This document shows positions 9,603-18,934 of a stretch of 52,961 nucleotides of DNA, piece after piece. This stretch comes from Candidatus Moraniibacteriota bacterium. Its GTDB lineage: Bacteria > Patescibacteriota > Minisyncoccia > Moranbacterales > UBA2206. Under the pieces are notes generated by a model. The model was given only the letters and a program-made list of their open reading frames with translations. It was not told the origin of the DNA and ran no database searches. Position 1 is the first letter of the stretch; every line of letters begins with the position of its first letter. The position numbers and the translations under genes were made by a program. The DNA lies in assembly GCA_038203255.1 (NCBI GenBank), contig JBBREE010000003.1:1-52961 (forward strand), written 5' to 3'.

Positions 9603-10526
9603 ATGAGTTGGTTTTTTATTGCACTTGTCGGTCCTTTTTTGTATGCTCTGACAAATTATTTAGATAAAGTTCTCTTGGAAAAATATTTCAAGGAAAGTGG
9701 GATTGGAACTATTCTAATCTTCTCTTCTCTGGTTTCTGTGTTTGCATTGCCCTTCTTCTTCTTAATGGATAGGGCGGTATTAGATGTAAGTTTTGCAAAT
9801 ATTCTTATTCTCTCACTTAAGGGGGTGCTTGGTGTAGGCGTACTGTGGTGCTATTTGATAGCTCTCAGGGATGAAGAAACCTCTGTAGTGATAGTTTTTT
9901 ATCAACTTGTTCCTGTTTTTGCAAGCATATTGGGATATATTGTCCTTGGAGAAATTTTAACTCGCATGCAACTGATTGCCATGGCGGTCATTATTTTTGG
10001 TACGACAATAATCGCCTTTGAAGTAGATTCGGATAATCACTTTAAGCTTCGAAAAAAAAGCACAATCATACCAATGTTCGCAGCTTCCTTTTTTTGGGCC
10101 TTAGGCGGAACAATTTTTAAAAGGGTGGCGCTTGAGGAAAATTTATGGAGATCTTTGTTTTGGGAAAACTTGATGTTTGTATTGGTAGGTATGAGCATAT
10201 TTATTTTTGCGCGCTCCTATCGCGAAAATTTTATGTCGGCTTTCAGAAGTAATTCCAAAAATATTTTATCGCTGAATTTTTTAAATGAATCCATATATAT
10301 ATCGGGAAATGTGGCTGTTGCTTATTCATACCTTCTTGCTCCTGTCGGACTTGTATTGCTTATGGAATCATTCCAGCCAATTTTCGTTTTGATTATAGGC
10401 TTAGTGTTGACAGTTTTTTTCCCAAAGATAATAGTTGAAAAAATAGAAGCAAAGCATATTTGGCAGAAAATGATTGCAATCAGCTTAACAGGCATTGGCT
10501 CATATCTTTTAATTTTTTATAAATAA
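9603..10526 (+). CDS. EamA/DMT family membrane transporter
   Basis: ~10 TM segments; LYALTNYLDK start; YQLVPVFASILGYIVLGE motif. Confidence 0.8.
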   Translation: MSWFFIALVGPFLYALTNYLDKVLLEKYFKESGIGTILIFSSLVSVFALPFFFLMDRAVLDVSFANILILSLKGVLGVGVLWCYLIALRDEETSVVIVFYQLVPVFASILGYIVLGEILTRMQLIAMAVIIFGTTIIAFEVDSDNHFKLRKKSTIIPMFAASFFWALGGTIFKRVALEENLWRSLFWENLMFVLVGMSIFIFARSYRENFMSAFRSNSKNILSLNFLNESIYISGNVAVAYSYLLAPVGLVLLMESFQPIFVLIIGLVLTVFFPKIIVEKIEAKHIWQKMIAISLTGIGSYLLIFYK

Positions 10527-10607
10527 TATTCAATGATTTGAAATTTTAATATTTTCTAGAAAGAAATAGCTCGATTAAGCTTATTTTAATATATTTAAAT
10601 ATTCTAC

Positions 10608-11537
10608 ATGATACCTGAGTTTCCAAATTTTAAAAAACTTGAATTACTAGACAAAAAAGAAATCGAAGAATTTGTTTCAAAATTCCCCCCGTATTCGGCT
10701 TTTAATTTTACTAATTTATGGGCGTGGGACATAAGTGCTGACCGTGAAATAGTAAAACTGAACGAAAATTTAGTTATACGTTTTACGGACTATAAAACAA
10801 AAGAGCCATTTCTTTCTTTTTTAGGCACTAATAAATGTAAAAAAACTGTACTCGCACTCTTGTCTTTTGCTAATGATTCAAAAATATCTCCAGAGCTCCG
10901 TTTTATAACAGAAGAATCGGCTAAATATTTACAGGCTGTTGATTTGCTTGTGAAAGAGGATAGTGGTAATTTTGATTACTTGTTTTCTCCACATAAGTTA
11001 GCTATGCTCCAGGGAGTAAAATTTAAAGAACTTAGGCAACTTGCTAGGAAATTTTCAGAAAAATATCCAGAAGCTATTTTTAGCGTAGAGGATATAAATG
11101 ATTTATCGATACAAAAAAAGATTTATCTTATGTTGCGACAATGGGAATGTCGAAAAAAAATGCAAAACAAAACATGCAACTTGGCGTTTGAAGAAAAAGC
11201 GCTTTGTCGTTTGTTAAAAAATTCCAAGAATTATAGGTTGATTTTGACATGCGTTTTTTTACATGACATAATGATTGGATTTAGTATTGACGAAGCACTG
11301 CCTAATCGAAATGCGATAGCTCATTTTATTAAAGCTGATAATTCCTTCAGGGGTGTATACGAATTTCTCAACAGAGAATTGGCTGAATATTTAACAACTC
11401 TTGATATTATTTCATGGAATTGGCAACAGGATTTAAATATCAAAAATTTAAGGGAGGCAAAATTGGGTTATCGCCCGGTTGCTTTTCTTAAGAAATATAC
11501 AGTTTCACTTAAAAATATTAGTAGAGATGATTTATAA
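10608..11537 (+). CDS. DUF2156 / phosphatidylglycerol lysyltransferase C-terminal (GNAT-like) domain protein
   Basis: YSAFNFTNLWAW, FDYLF, HFIKAD..GVYEFL, NWQQDLNIKNLREAKLGYRP. Confidence 0.75.
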   Translation: MIPEFPNFKKLELLDKKEIEEFVSKFPPYSAFNFTNLWAWDISADREIVKLNENLVIRFTDYKTKEPFLSFLGTNKCKKTVLALLSFANDSKISPELRFITEESAKYLQAVDLLVKEDSGNFDYLFSPHKLAMLQGVKFKELRQLARKFSEKYPEAIFSVEDINDLSIQKKIYLMLRQWECRKKMQNKTCNLAFEEKALCRLLKNSKNYRLILTCVFLHDIMIGFSIDEALPNRNAIAHFIKADNSFRGVYEFLNRELAEYLTTLDIISWNWQQDLNIKNLREAKLGYRPVAFLKKYTVSLKNISRDDL

Positions 11538-11609
11538 ACGTTATATAAAATAAAGTGTCGATATTTTTTGCGGAATCATTATTATTAATGTATAATATTA
11601 ATATAGTAA

Positions 11610-12008
11610 ATGACCATGGATATTAAACAAAATTTTCGTAATCATTTCTTTTTCTATATCGTTGCAGTTATTATTTTTATGACTGGTGCTTTTTCTTATT
11701 ATCGTTTCATGATTAATCAAGATTATATTATCGGATATGAAGGTGTTTGTGATCCTGCTAAAGATATGAATAAATGCTTCAAGGGTTGTGATAATGACGA
11801 TTGCACGGAAGTACACTACTACTCAAAGATGGTGAAGTATGCACCCGATCTATATAGGGAGTGTGGTGATAACATAATTAACTGCGAATCAGCCAGTTCG
11901 TGCCTCTCGGATGATCGCTATTGTTCCGTAGCGTATTGTAATTCTGAAGTTAATGGCGATACCTGCGCAGAGACGATAGGTTCCGATAATAAGGATAATG
12001 CGGAATAA
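11610..12008 (+). CDS. Single-TM protein with Cys-rich extracellular domain
   Basis: N-terminal TM then ~10 Cys (CDP..CFKGC..C..C..C); directly upstream of the sensor kinase. Confidence 0.7.
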   Translation: MTMDIKQNFRNHFFFYIVAVIIFMTGAFSYYRFMINQDYIIGYEGVCDPAKDMNKCFKGCDNDDCTEVHYYSKMVKYAPDLYRECGDNIINCESASSCLSDDRYCSVAYCNSEVNGDTCAETIGSDNKDNAE

Positions 12009-12045
12009 TAGTCTTTGAAAAATAATGAATAAATAATTCAAATTT

Positions 12046-13833
12046 ATGATCTGCTATTTATTTTCAAATCCTTCATATTTTATATTTTCATCGGATGTTC
12101 CAGCCCTGCTATATTATTCGCATGTTCCAACGGCTATAATTGTATTCATGATTGGCTTTTTTGTTTTTTGGAAAGATAGACAATCCCTGATGAATCAGTT
12201 ATTATTTGCTATTTCTGCCTGCTTTTCTATTTGGGTAATTTCAAATCTTATCCTGTGGACAAATATCCATAGCGACTTTATGTTATTCGTTTGGTCCTTC
12301 CTTCGTGTTTTATCCTCACTCATATCTATTCTTAGTATATATTTTATCTATGTTTTCCTAGAAAAAAAAGACGTATCCCTTTTACTTAAAAGTATTTTTT
12401 TGATACTCATAATTCCTATTATTTTTCTATCCTCTACTTATATAAATCTAAAAGGGTTTAATATAACAAGTTGCGATGCTTTTGCATTTGAAGGAGTCCT
12501 GTTTCAGTTTTCACGTGTTTTTTTTGGAATACTGGCAATGATTTGGATACTTTTTTTGCTTATTCGTAAATATCGCAATGCGGGAGGGAATTTTAGGAAA
12601 CAGATATTGCTCATGGGGGTAGGAATCGAATTATTTCTTTTTTCTTTTTTTATAGTAACATTTTTAGCGGCATATCTTACGGATATGGGCATATTATCAG
12701 ATTCACGACTTGAGTTTTATGGATTGTTCGGTATGGATATATTTATTGGTTTTTTAGCATATCTAATTGTTCGATATAAAGCCTTCAACATTAAACTCCT
12801 TGGCGCTCAGGCTTTAATTTTCAGCTTAGTTATTCTTTTGGGCGCAGAACTACTTTTTGCTCAAAACACTGTGAATCGAATATTGATTCTTTTAACGCTG
12901 GCTATTTCCATCGGTTTTGGATATATGTTAGTTAGATCGGTGAAAGCTGAAATCAGGCACCGAGAAAAGTTGCAAATTGTCAATAAAGAAATTTCTAAGA
13001 AAAAAAATCAGCTGGAAAAAATGGCAAATTCTCTGGAAAGATCCAATGCTAAACTGAAAAAAATTGATGCAACTAAAACTGATTTTATTAATGTGGCCTC
13101 TCATCAACTGCGTAAAATCCCAACACCGATTAAGGGATATTTGTCGCTTCTTTTAGAAGATTCTTATGGGGAAATTCCCAAAGAGCAAAGAGAAATTTTG
13201 GAAAAAATTAATTCTGCCAATGAAAGACAAATCAATTTAGTAAACGACCTACTTGATGTGGCAAGGTTGGAATCTGGCAAGGTTATTTTAAATTTCAAAA
13301 AGCAAGACTTAGCGGATATTTGTCAGGAAGTGTTCTCCTCGCTTTTGCCGGAAGCTGAGAAGAAAGGGCTTATTTTGGAATATAAAAAACCAAAAGATTC
13401 TTTGCCGGAGTTGATTGTGGATAAGGGAAAGATTTTTGAAGCCATTTTCAATTTTGTCGATAATGCGGTAAAATATACACCAGGTGGAAAAGTTGATTTG
13501 CAGATTAAACTTGATGACAAATCCAATTACAAAGCACAATCATTAGACGACGAGAGGAAGGTCCTTTCTGGTTCGGTGATACGTGTCACCGTAGTTGACA
13601 CCGGAGTAGGCATCGCTAAAGAATCTCTTCCATATCTTTTTGCTAAATTTTCGAGAAATGACAAGGCCAAACTTAATGTCGAAGGAACTGGGCTGGGTCT
13701 TTATGTGGTGAAACTTATGATTGAAGCACATGGTGGTCGCACCTGGGTAGAGTCTCCTGGTGAGGGGAAGGGCTCATCCTTTATTATCGAAATCCCGGTT
13801 AAGCAACCAAAAAATATCGTGGCTGAAGATTGA
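12046..13833 (+). CDS. Multi-TM (HisKA_7TM-like) sensor histidine kinase
   Basis: Polytopic N-terminus; H-box SHQLR, N-box NFVDNAVKYT, DTGVG, F-box, GTGLGL. Confidence 0.92.
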   Translation: MICYLFSNPSYFIFSSDVPALLYYSHVPTAIIVFMIGFFVFWKDRQSLMNQLLFAISACFSIWVISNLILWTNIHSDFMLFVWSFLRVLSSLISILSIYFIYVFLEKKDVSLLLKSIFLILIIPIIFLSSTYINLKGFNITSCDAFAFEGVLFQFSRVFFGILAMIWILFLLIRKYRNAGGNFRKQILLMGVGIELFLFSFFIVTFLAAYLTDMGILSDSRLEFYGLFGMDIFIGFLAYLIVRYKAFNIKLLGAQALIFSLVILLGAELLFAQNTVNRILILLTLAISIGFGYMLVRSVKAEIRHREKLQIVNKEISKKKNQLEKMANSLERSNAKLKKIDATKTDFINVASHQLRKIPTPIKGYLSLLLEDSYGEIPKEQREILEKINSANERQINLVNDLLDVARLESGKVILNFKKQDLADICQEVFSSLLPEAEKKGLILEYKKPKDSLPELIVDKGKIFEAIFNFVDNAVKYTPGGKVDLQIKLDDKSNYKAQSLDDERKVLSGSVIRVTVVDTGVGIAKESLPYLFAKFSRNDKAKLNVEGTGLGLYVVKLMIEAHGGRTWVESPGEGKGSSFIIEIPVKQPKNIVAED

Positions 13834-13869
13834 TTTCTTAAAGTCGTTAAATATTTTAAACAAAAAAAT

Positions 13870-14244
13870 ATGACCAAAATCATAATAACAGAAGATGATC
13901 CTATGATGCTGGAGATATATCAGAAAAAATTTTCCGAAGCAGGGTGTGATGCTTTTATGGCGAGAGGTGGTGAAGAAGCATTGGATATTATAAAAAAAGA
14001 AAAGATAAAAATTGTGCTTTCTGATTTAATTATGCCGGGAATGGATGGTTTTGAGTTAGTGATGACTTTAAGAGGTAAGGAGTATGATCCGCAAATTAAG
14101 ATTATTATTCTAAGTAATTTATTCGATAGCAAGGGTAAGATTATGGAGATGGGGGCTGACGGTTTTTTAGCTAAGTATGAACACACTCCAACAGAAGTGG
14201 TCGACGAGGTTAAAAAAATTATCGGAGAAGAAAAAAAGATTTAA
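13870..14244 (+). CDS. Single-domain response regulator (CheY-like)
   Basis: EDD, SDLIMPGMDG, SN, conserved K. Confidence 0.9.
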   Translation: MTKIIITEDDPMMLEIYQKKFSEAGCDAFMARGGEEALDIIKKEKIKIVLSDLIMPGMDGFELVMTLRGKEYDPQIKIIILSNLFDSKGKIMEMGADGFLAKYEHTPTEVVDEVKKIIGEEKKI

Positions 14245-14266
14245 TTATTGTAAAAAGAAAAAAGAT

Positions 14267-14647
14267 ATGTCAAAAATAATGATAGTGGAAGACGATCCGA
14301 TGATGTTGGATATCTACAAAATGAAATTTTCCGAAGCGGGATTCGAGATTTTTCTGGCGGATAATGGTAAACAAGCTTTGGGGGTTATTGAAAGAGAAAA
14401 AATTGAAGTTGTCGTTTCAGATTTAGTTATGTCTGAAATGGATGGATTTGAATTGATTAAAACCTTGAGAAGCGGAAGGTATGATGCGAACATTAAAATC
14501 ATCATTTTGAGTAACCTGTCTGACAGCGAAGGAAAAGTGCTGGAAATGGGCGCCAACGGCTTCATCACCAAATCAACCTATGTCCCGTCGGAGATGGTGA
14601 ATGAGGTGAAGAGGATAATTGGAGAGGGAGATGTTCCTGAAAAATAA
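14267..14647 (+). CDS. Single-domain response regulator (CheY-like), paralog of upstream gene
   Basis: Start moved to ATG 14267 (MSKIMIVEDD); SDLVMSEMDG; strongly similar to 13870..14244. Confidence 0.9.
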   Translation: MSKIMIVEDDPMMLDIYKMKFSEAGFEIFLADNGKQALGVIEREKIEVVVSDLVMSEMDGFELIKTLRSGRYDANIKIIILSNLSDSEGKVLEMGANGFITKSTYVPSEMVNEVKRIIGEGDVPEK

Positions 14648-14650
14648 AAG

Positions 14651-15463
14651 ATGAAACCTTTATATATTCTAAAAATTGGAGGTAGCGTAGCGACTTATAA
14701 AAATCGTCCTGGTTTTTCCGTGCGTCGAACGTTGCTTAAAAAAATAGCAAGGTCAATAAAAATTGCCAAAGAAAAAGAAGGCTTTGATTTGATTTTGATT
14801 CATGGGGCTGGGTCTACCGGACATCAGATAGCGCATGAGTATGGATTAGCCGGTGGGGTTGCTGGCAGTGAAAAAAAATTAGCTGCTTCTTTACGTTTGC
14901 GTATCGCTAATCAAAAATTAAATGGGGAAATTTTAGGGGCATTAGTTGATGGGGGACTTCCGGCAGTTTCTGTTCACACGGCTTCAGTAATCATTCAGAA
15001 AGATAAAAAAATTGAGAAATGTAATCTTGATGTAATTAAAGAAGCTTTAAAGCAAAATTGCATCCCCTTGCTTTATGGAGAAATGGTTTTTGATGAGGAT
15101 CTTAAGATGACAGTTTGTTCCGGGGATATAATTGCGCCTTATTTATCAAAAAAAATGCAGGCGCGAAAGATATTTTTTGCTTCCGATATTAATGGCATTT
15201 ATGACAAGGATCCATATTTACACAAAAACGCTAGATTAATAGAAAATTTAGATTTAGCTGAAATTTTCAAAAATAATAAAATTAAAATTTCTGAATCTCA
15301 CAATATTGACGTTACAGGAGGACTCTTGGGTAAGATAAGAAATTTAGATTTTAAACAAGGAACTTCTTTGCAGTGCGTGGAAATTTTTAACGGGCTAAAG
15401 GAGGAGAATTATAGTTATATTCTTTTGGGAAATGAATTTCCCCACTCCAAATTGTTAATATAA
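14651..15463 (+). CDS. ipk: Isopentenyl phosphate kinase (amino-acid-kinase family)
   Basis: LKIGGS, HGAGSxGH, SGD, DVTGG: the IPK motif set. Confidence 0.8.
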   Translation: MKPLYILKIGGSVATYKNRPGFSVRRTLLKKIARSIKIAKEKEGFDLILIHGAGSTGHQIAHEYGLAGGVAGSEKKLAASLRLRIANQKLNGEILGALVDGGLPAVSVHTASVIIQKDKKIEKCNLDVIKEALKQNCIPLLYGEMVFDEDLKMTVCSGDIIAPYLSKKMQARKIFFASDINGIYDKDPYLHKNARLIENLDLAEIFKNNKIKISESHNIDVTGGLLGKIRNLDFKQGTSLQCVEIFNGLKEENYSYILLGNEFPHSKLLI

Positions 15464-15469
15464 AAAATA

Positions 15470-15492
15470 AGACGGCTCCTCGAGGGCCGTCT
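15470..15492. terminator. Probable bidirectional terminator between ipk and NUDIX gene
   Basis: AGACGGCTC-ctcga-GGGCCGTCT hairpin between convergent stops, A-rich on the left. Confidence 0.65.
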
Positions 15493-15970
15493 AGTTTAAT
15501 TTTCCGAACAGTTGTTCGGAGTGATTATTTTTGAAATGCTCAAGAATGGGACGAACTTCGACGCGTATATATTGCGCCAGTAGTTCTTCCAGTGTTTTCC
15601 ATCCAGCAAATACAATATCAACATCTCCTGGGACAAAAATCTTTCCAGAATTTCCTGAAAATAATCCATAGCCGTAGAAGATATCAATGTCCTCACGTCC
15701 AGGAATAGGGTGAAAGACTTCTTGAGCAATGTCAAAGAAGATAACTTCATTTTCCAAGATTCCCATTTCTTCCCTTAATAATCTCCTGATAGTGCCTTGA
15801 GGGTTGACATCTTTTTCTTCAAATGTCTCAATGGGGAAGGAAACCATTCCACTACATTTACTGTATTGAGGTTTGTCATTTAACTCCTTGATTGTATACA
15901 ATCGAGGAACGCCGTTCTCATCAATGAAAAAGAGCAAAAATCCAACTCCTTTTGGAGCTTTTCTATCCAT
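15491..15970 (-). CDS. NUDIX-fold hydrolase (degenerate Nudix box)
   Basis: SFPIETFEEKD...TIRRLLREEMGI resembles GX5EX7REUXEEXGU; start set at ATG 15970 behind a strong AAAAGGAGGT. Confidence 0.65.
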   Translation of the reverse strand: MDRKAPKGVGFLLFFIDENGVPRLYTIKELNDKPQYSKCSGMVSFPIETFEEKDVNPQGTIRRLLREEMGILENEVIFFDIAQEVFHPIPGREDIDIFYGYGLFSGNSGKIFVPGDVDIVFAGWKTLEELLAQYIRVEVRPILEHFKNNHSEQLFGKLN

Positions 15971-16073
15971 ACGATACCTCCTTTTGACCGTACTTTTGAT
16001 TGTCAGAAATGGTAACATAAAAATTATATAAAAGCAATAGAATTCATAGCTCAATATCAGTATCTCTATGGAC

Positions 16074-16101
16074 TTGCTTTTTTCTTCTTTTAAGCTATAA
16101 T
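16074..16101 (+). promoter_or_regulatory. sigma70 promoter for aspS
   Basis: TTGCTT, 16 bp, TATAAT. Confidence 0.6.
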
Positions 16102-16134
16102 GTGTGGGTAAAAATAATGAGCTTAATTTGACCT

Positions 16135-17457
16135 ATGAAAAGAACATTGATTGCCAAGACGCTAGGATTAGTCGGAGAAAGAGTGCGAATCTCAGGCTGG
16201 GTGAGTGTCAGGCGTGATCATGGCAAGCTTATCTTCATTGATTTGCGTGACCGCAGTGGTCAGGTGCAACTGGTAATCATTCCAGACAAAGCTGAAGCTT
16301 ATACGACCTCCAAGGAGGTGCGTGCTGAATTTATCGTGTCTGCTGTTGGCTTAGTGAAAAACCGTCCAGGCACGCAGGTGAAAGAGGACGATCCGCTAAG
16401 TGCGGTGGAAATTGAAATTGAAACGCTCGAAATTATTTCTCGCGTAGAAGGGGAATTGCCGTTTGATCCGAGCAAGAAAGATTTGGATGTGAACATTGCG
16501 ACTATGCTCGACAATCGCAACTTGGCCATGCGTAACAAAAAAGTAAATGATATTTTCAAGGTTTATGCACAAATCCTTAAGTCGTACGGAGATGCCTTGC
16601 GAGAGAATGGTTTTTTAGAAATAAAAACTCCTAAAATTGTGAACGCGGCCACGGAAGGCGGAGCGAATTTTTTCAAGATAAAATATTTTAAACGTGACGC
16701 TTTTTTAGCCCAGAGTCCTCAGTTTTATAAACAAGCCGGGGTGGGTGCTTTTGAGCGAGTGTTTGAAATCGGGACGGTTTTTCGAGCGGAACCGCATTTC
16801 ACCACGCGTCACGTTAATGAATATACGGGACTGGACGCCGAGATGGGTTTTATCGAAAATATGCGCGATATCATGGATCAATTGCAATCGACTTTGAAAA
16901 GGATAATGCAAGAAGTGCGTGAAAATTGCGCTGACATTTTGACGGAATATGCCAGTGGAGATCTTTTGGTGCCGGAGCAATTTCCACGCATCAAATTGAC
17001 TGAAGCACTGGAAATTCTCAAAAAGGAATATGGTAAAGAAATAGAAGGATTGGATATTGATCCGGAGGGCGAGCGCTTGATTTCGCAATGGGCTAAAAAA
17101 ACCTATAACAGCGATTTCATTTTTCTTACTCATTATCCGGTAACAGTTCGCCCGTTTTATACTATGCCGAGCGCCGATCCGCATTATACTAATAGTTTTG
17201 ATCTGATTTTTCGCGGAGTAGAAATTGCTACTGGTGGTCAAAGGATTCATAATTACCATCAACTGGTGGCTAGCATCAAACGTCACCATTTAGATCCAAA
17301 AGATTTTTCGTCTTATTTGGACATCTTCAAACTGGCTATGCCACCGCACGGTGGTTGGGGGCTGGGAAGTGAACGCATCGTGCAAAAAATCCTTGGCCTT
17401 GATTCCATCAAAGAAGCCATTCTTTTTCCAAGAGATGTTAAGCGGTTGACGCCGTAG
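16135..17457 (+). CDS. aspS: Aspartate--tRNA(Asn) ligase, short archaeal-type non-discriminating AspRS
   Basis: 440 aa, no GAD insert; [40 protein letters not shown]. Confidence 0.9.
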   Translation: MKRTLIAKTLGLVGERVRISGWVSVRRDHGKLIFIDLRDRSGQVQLVIIPDKAEAYTTSKEVRAEFIVSAVGLVKNRPGTQVKEDDPLSAVEIEIETLEIISRVEGELPFDPSKKDLDVNIATMLDNRNLAMRNKKVNDIFKVYAQILKSYGDALRENGFLEIKTPKIVNAATEGGANFFKIKYFKRDAFLAQSPQFYKQAGVGAFERVFEIGTVFRAEPHFTTRHVNEYTGLDAEMGFIENMRDIMDQLQSTLKRIMQEVRENCADILTEYASGDLLVPEQFPRIKLTEALEILKKEYGKEIEGLDIDPEGERLISQWAKKTYNSDFIFLTHYPVTVRPFYTMPSADPHYTNSFDLIFRGVEIATGGQRIHNYHQLVASIKRHHLDPKDFSSYLDIFKLAMPPHGGWGLGSERIVQKILGLDSIKEAILFPRDVKRLTP

Positions 17458-17640
17458 GGAAGTTTAATTTTGATTATTTGACAAGATAGCACTGTGGAAG
17501 TAGTGACGACTATTGTAAAATTGTGATTTCCGGTATTTTCAGTATCAGTTTGTTATCATTGCAGCAAAGGAGTTTACACTTTATGGATAAGAAAGTGAGC
17601 TTAAAATATCATCAACTATCAGTAATTTTTGGATAAAAAT

Positions 17641-18402
17641 ATGATAAAAAAAGCATTTTTAAAAGACTTTTTTTTAGTTCTGTTATATCCGGCGGGTATT
17701 TTATTGTTTCTCGTTTTTCTTTTTGCCGTTGCTTACTATACCGATTTCATTCCGCACAACCATTATGTCAAAGGCGATATTAATAACATTGTTTACGCCG
17801 AACCGACTCAGGAAGCGAAGGATTTCGATGTAGAAGGGTTTGTTAATTCTCTTCCGAGCGTAGAATATAAAAAAGTAGATTATCCAATTAAAGAAACACA
17901 CACTTACGAATTCAATGGCTATGTCCTGACAGTGGATATTCCAGAAGGGTTTGATGTGTATGAGCTGGAGCATAAGCCTGAAGTTATTAATTCGACTAGT
18001 ATCGAAGATTCGTGTGAATATATAGGTGGCATGAGTACTTATTGTGATGGGCCAGAAGGAGGTATATTCAAGGGAGCATTTGAGCAATCTGGTAGTATAT
18101 TGTGTATAGATAGCGGAGATAAATCTTGCGGAGCTGATGGCGTTAGAATATGGCCATACAAATCAAAATATAAGGGGATCAGCTTGCGAGATGTATATAT
18201 GCGCAGCTCGGGATATAAACAGACTAAATATGTTTTAAATGATATATTTTTTGCAGGAACCTCTAACGAGTACAACTCTTCCATGGGAGCACTTATCTCA
18301 GATCAGCAAGGAATTGGCGTATCTTCCGGCTTCTATTCCTCTAATTTTTCCAAAGATCTCTACTTTAGCATACTAGATTCCATAAAAATCAGAAAAAAAT
18401 AA
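17641..18402 (+). CDS. Membrane-anchored PsbP/DcrB-like protein (cassette 1 partner)
   Basis: N-terminal TM; TYEFNGYVLTVDIPEGF; C-terminal ILDSIKI; paralog of 20201..20974; fold assignment is inference. Confidence 0.6.
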   Translation: MIKKAFLKDFFLVLLYPAGILLFLVFLFAVAYYTDFIPHNHYVKGDINNIVYAEPTQEAKDFDVEGFVNSLPSVEYKKVDYPIKETHTYEFNGYVLTVDIPEGFDVYELEHKPEVINSTSIEDSCEYIGGMSTYCDGPEGGIFKGAFEQSGSILCIDSGDKSCGADGVRIWPYKSKYKGISLRDVYMRSSGYKQTKYVLNDIFFAGTSNEYNSSMGALISDQQGIGVSSGFYSSNFSKDLYFSILDSIKIRKK

Positions 18403-18475
18403 GCAAAAATATTCTTACTGCAGCACGCAAAATGGTTCGATAATTAAGATAAATTTTTTAAACAACAATGAATTT

Positions 18476-18862
18476 ATGCAAAAAGAAGATATAAAAAAGA
18501 TTAAAAAGAAAACAATAACGCTAGCGGGTATATTTTTAGTGCTGGGTATTTTGGTTGTTTTTGGTCTCGCCTTATATTTATCCTTTGGTTTTATGGCTAG
18601 ATACGGGAACAAAAAAAATATGAGAGATAGACAGACTTATGGTTATTTAATTTCTGGCAGAGGGTGTAATGATATGACAGACGCTTCAGATGGTGAATTA
18701 AGGAAATATATTAAAGAGGATATCCTGAGCGAGATTAGCAAAAAAAAATTCAAGAGCATATTGACAGAAGAAAAAGAAATATATGAAAGGGGAGGAACTG
18801 GTAAAAATGACAGTTGTTATATTATGATTGATCGTGTTAGTAAAATTATTGATGGTATGTAG
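18476..18862 (+). CDS. Single-TM hypothetical protein
   Basis: Basic N-terminus, TM, small domain with two Cys; no counterpart in cassette 2. Confidence 0.65.
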   Translation: MQKEDIKKIKKKTITLAGIFLVLGILVVFGLALYLSFGFMARYGNKKNMRDRQTYGYLISGRGCNDMTDASDGELRKYIKEDILSEISKKKFKSILTEEKEIYERGGTGKNDSCYIMIDRVSKIIDGM

Positions 18863-18903
18863 ACACTTTTAATCGTTGTATATATAGAAAAGTTTGGCAA
18901 GGG

Positions 18904-18928
18904 GATCTTTAACAATTAAATAAAGGAG
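18904..18928 (+). promoter_or_regulatory. boxA-like motif plus Shine-Dalgarno
   Basis: GATCTTTAACAATT (18904-18917) resembles rrn boxA TGCTCTTTAACA; AAGGAG at 18923-18928. Confidence 0.55.
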
Positions 18929-18934
18929 AATGAG

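Noticed and set aside
16705-17289. Long antisense ORFs (also 46023..46544, 33792..34289, 41162..41656)
   Set aside because: Shadows of well-supported + strand genes with no recognisable motifs.
17619-18421. CAGTAA...TTACTG inverted words flanking both anchor genes as invertible-element ends
   Set aside because: Only 6-bp matches in AT-rich DNA, both copies in the same orientation, no invertase.
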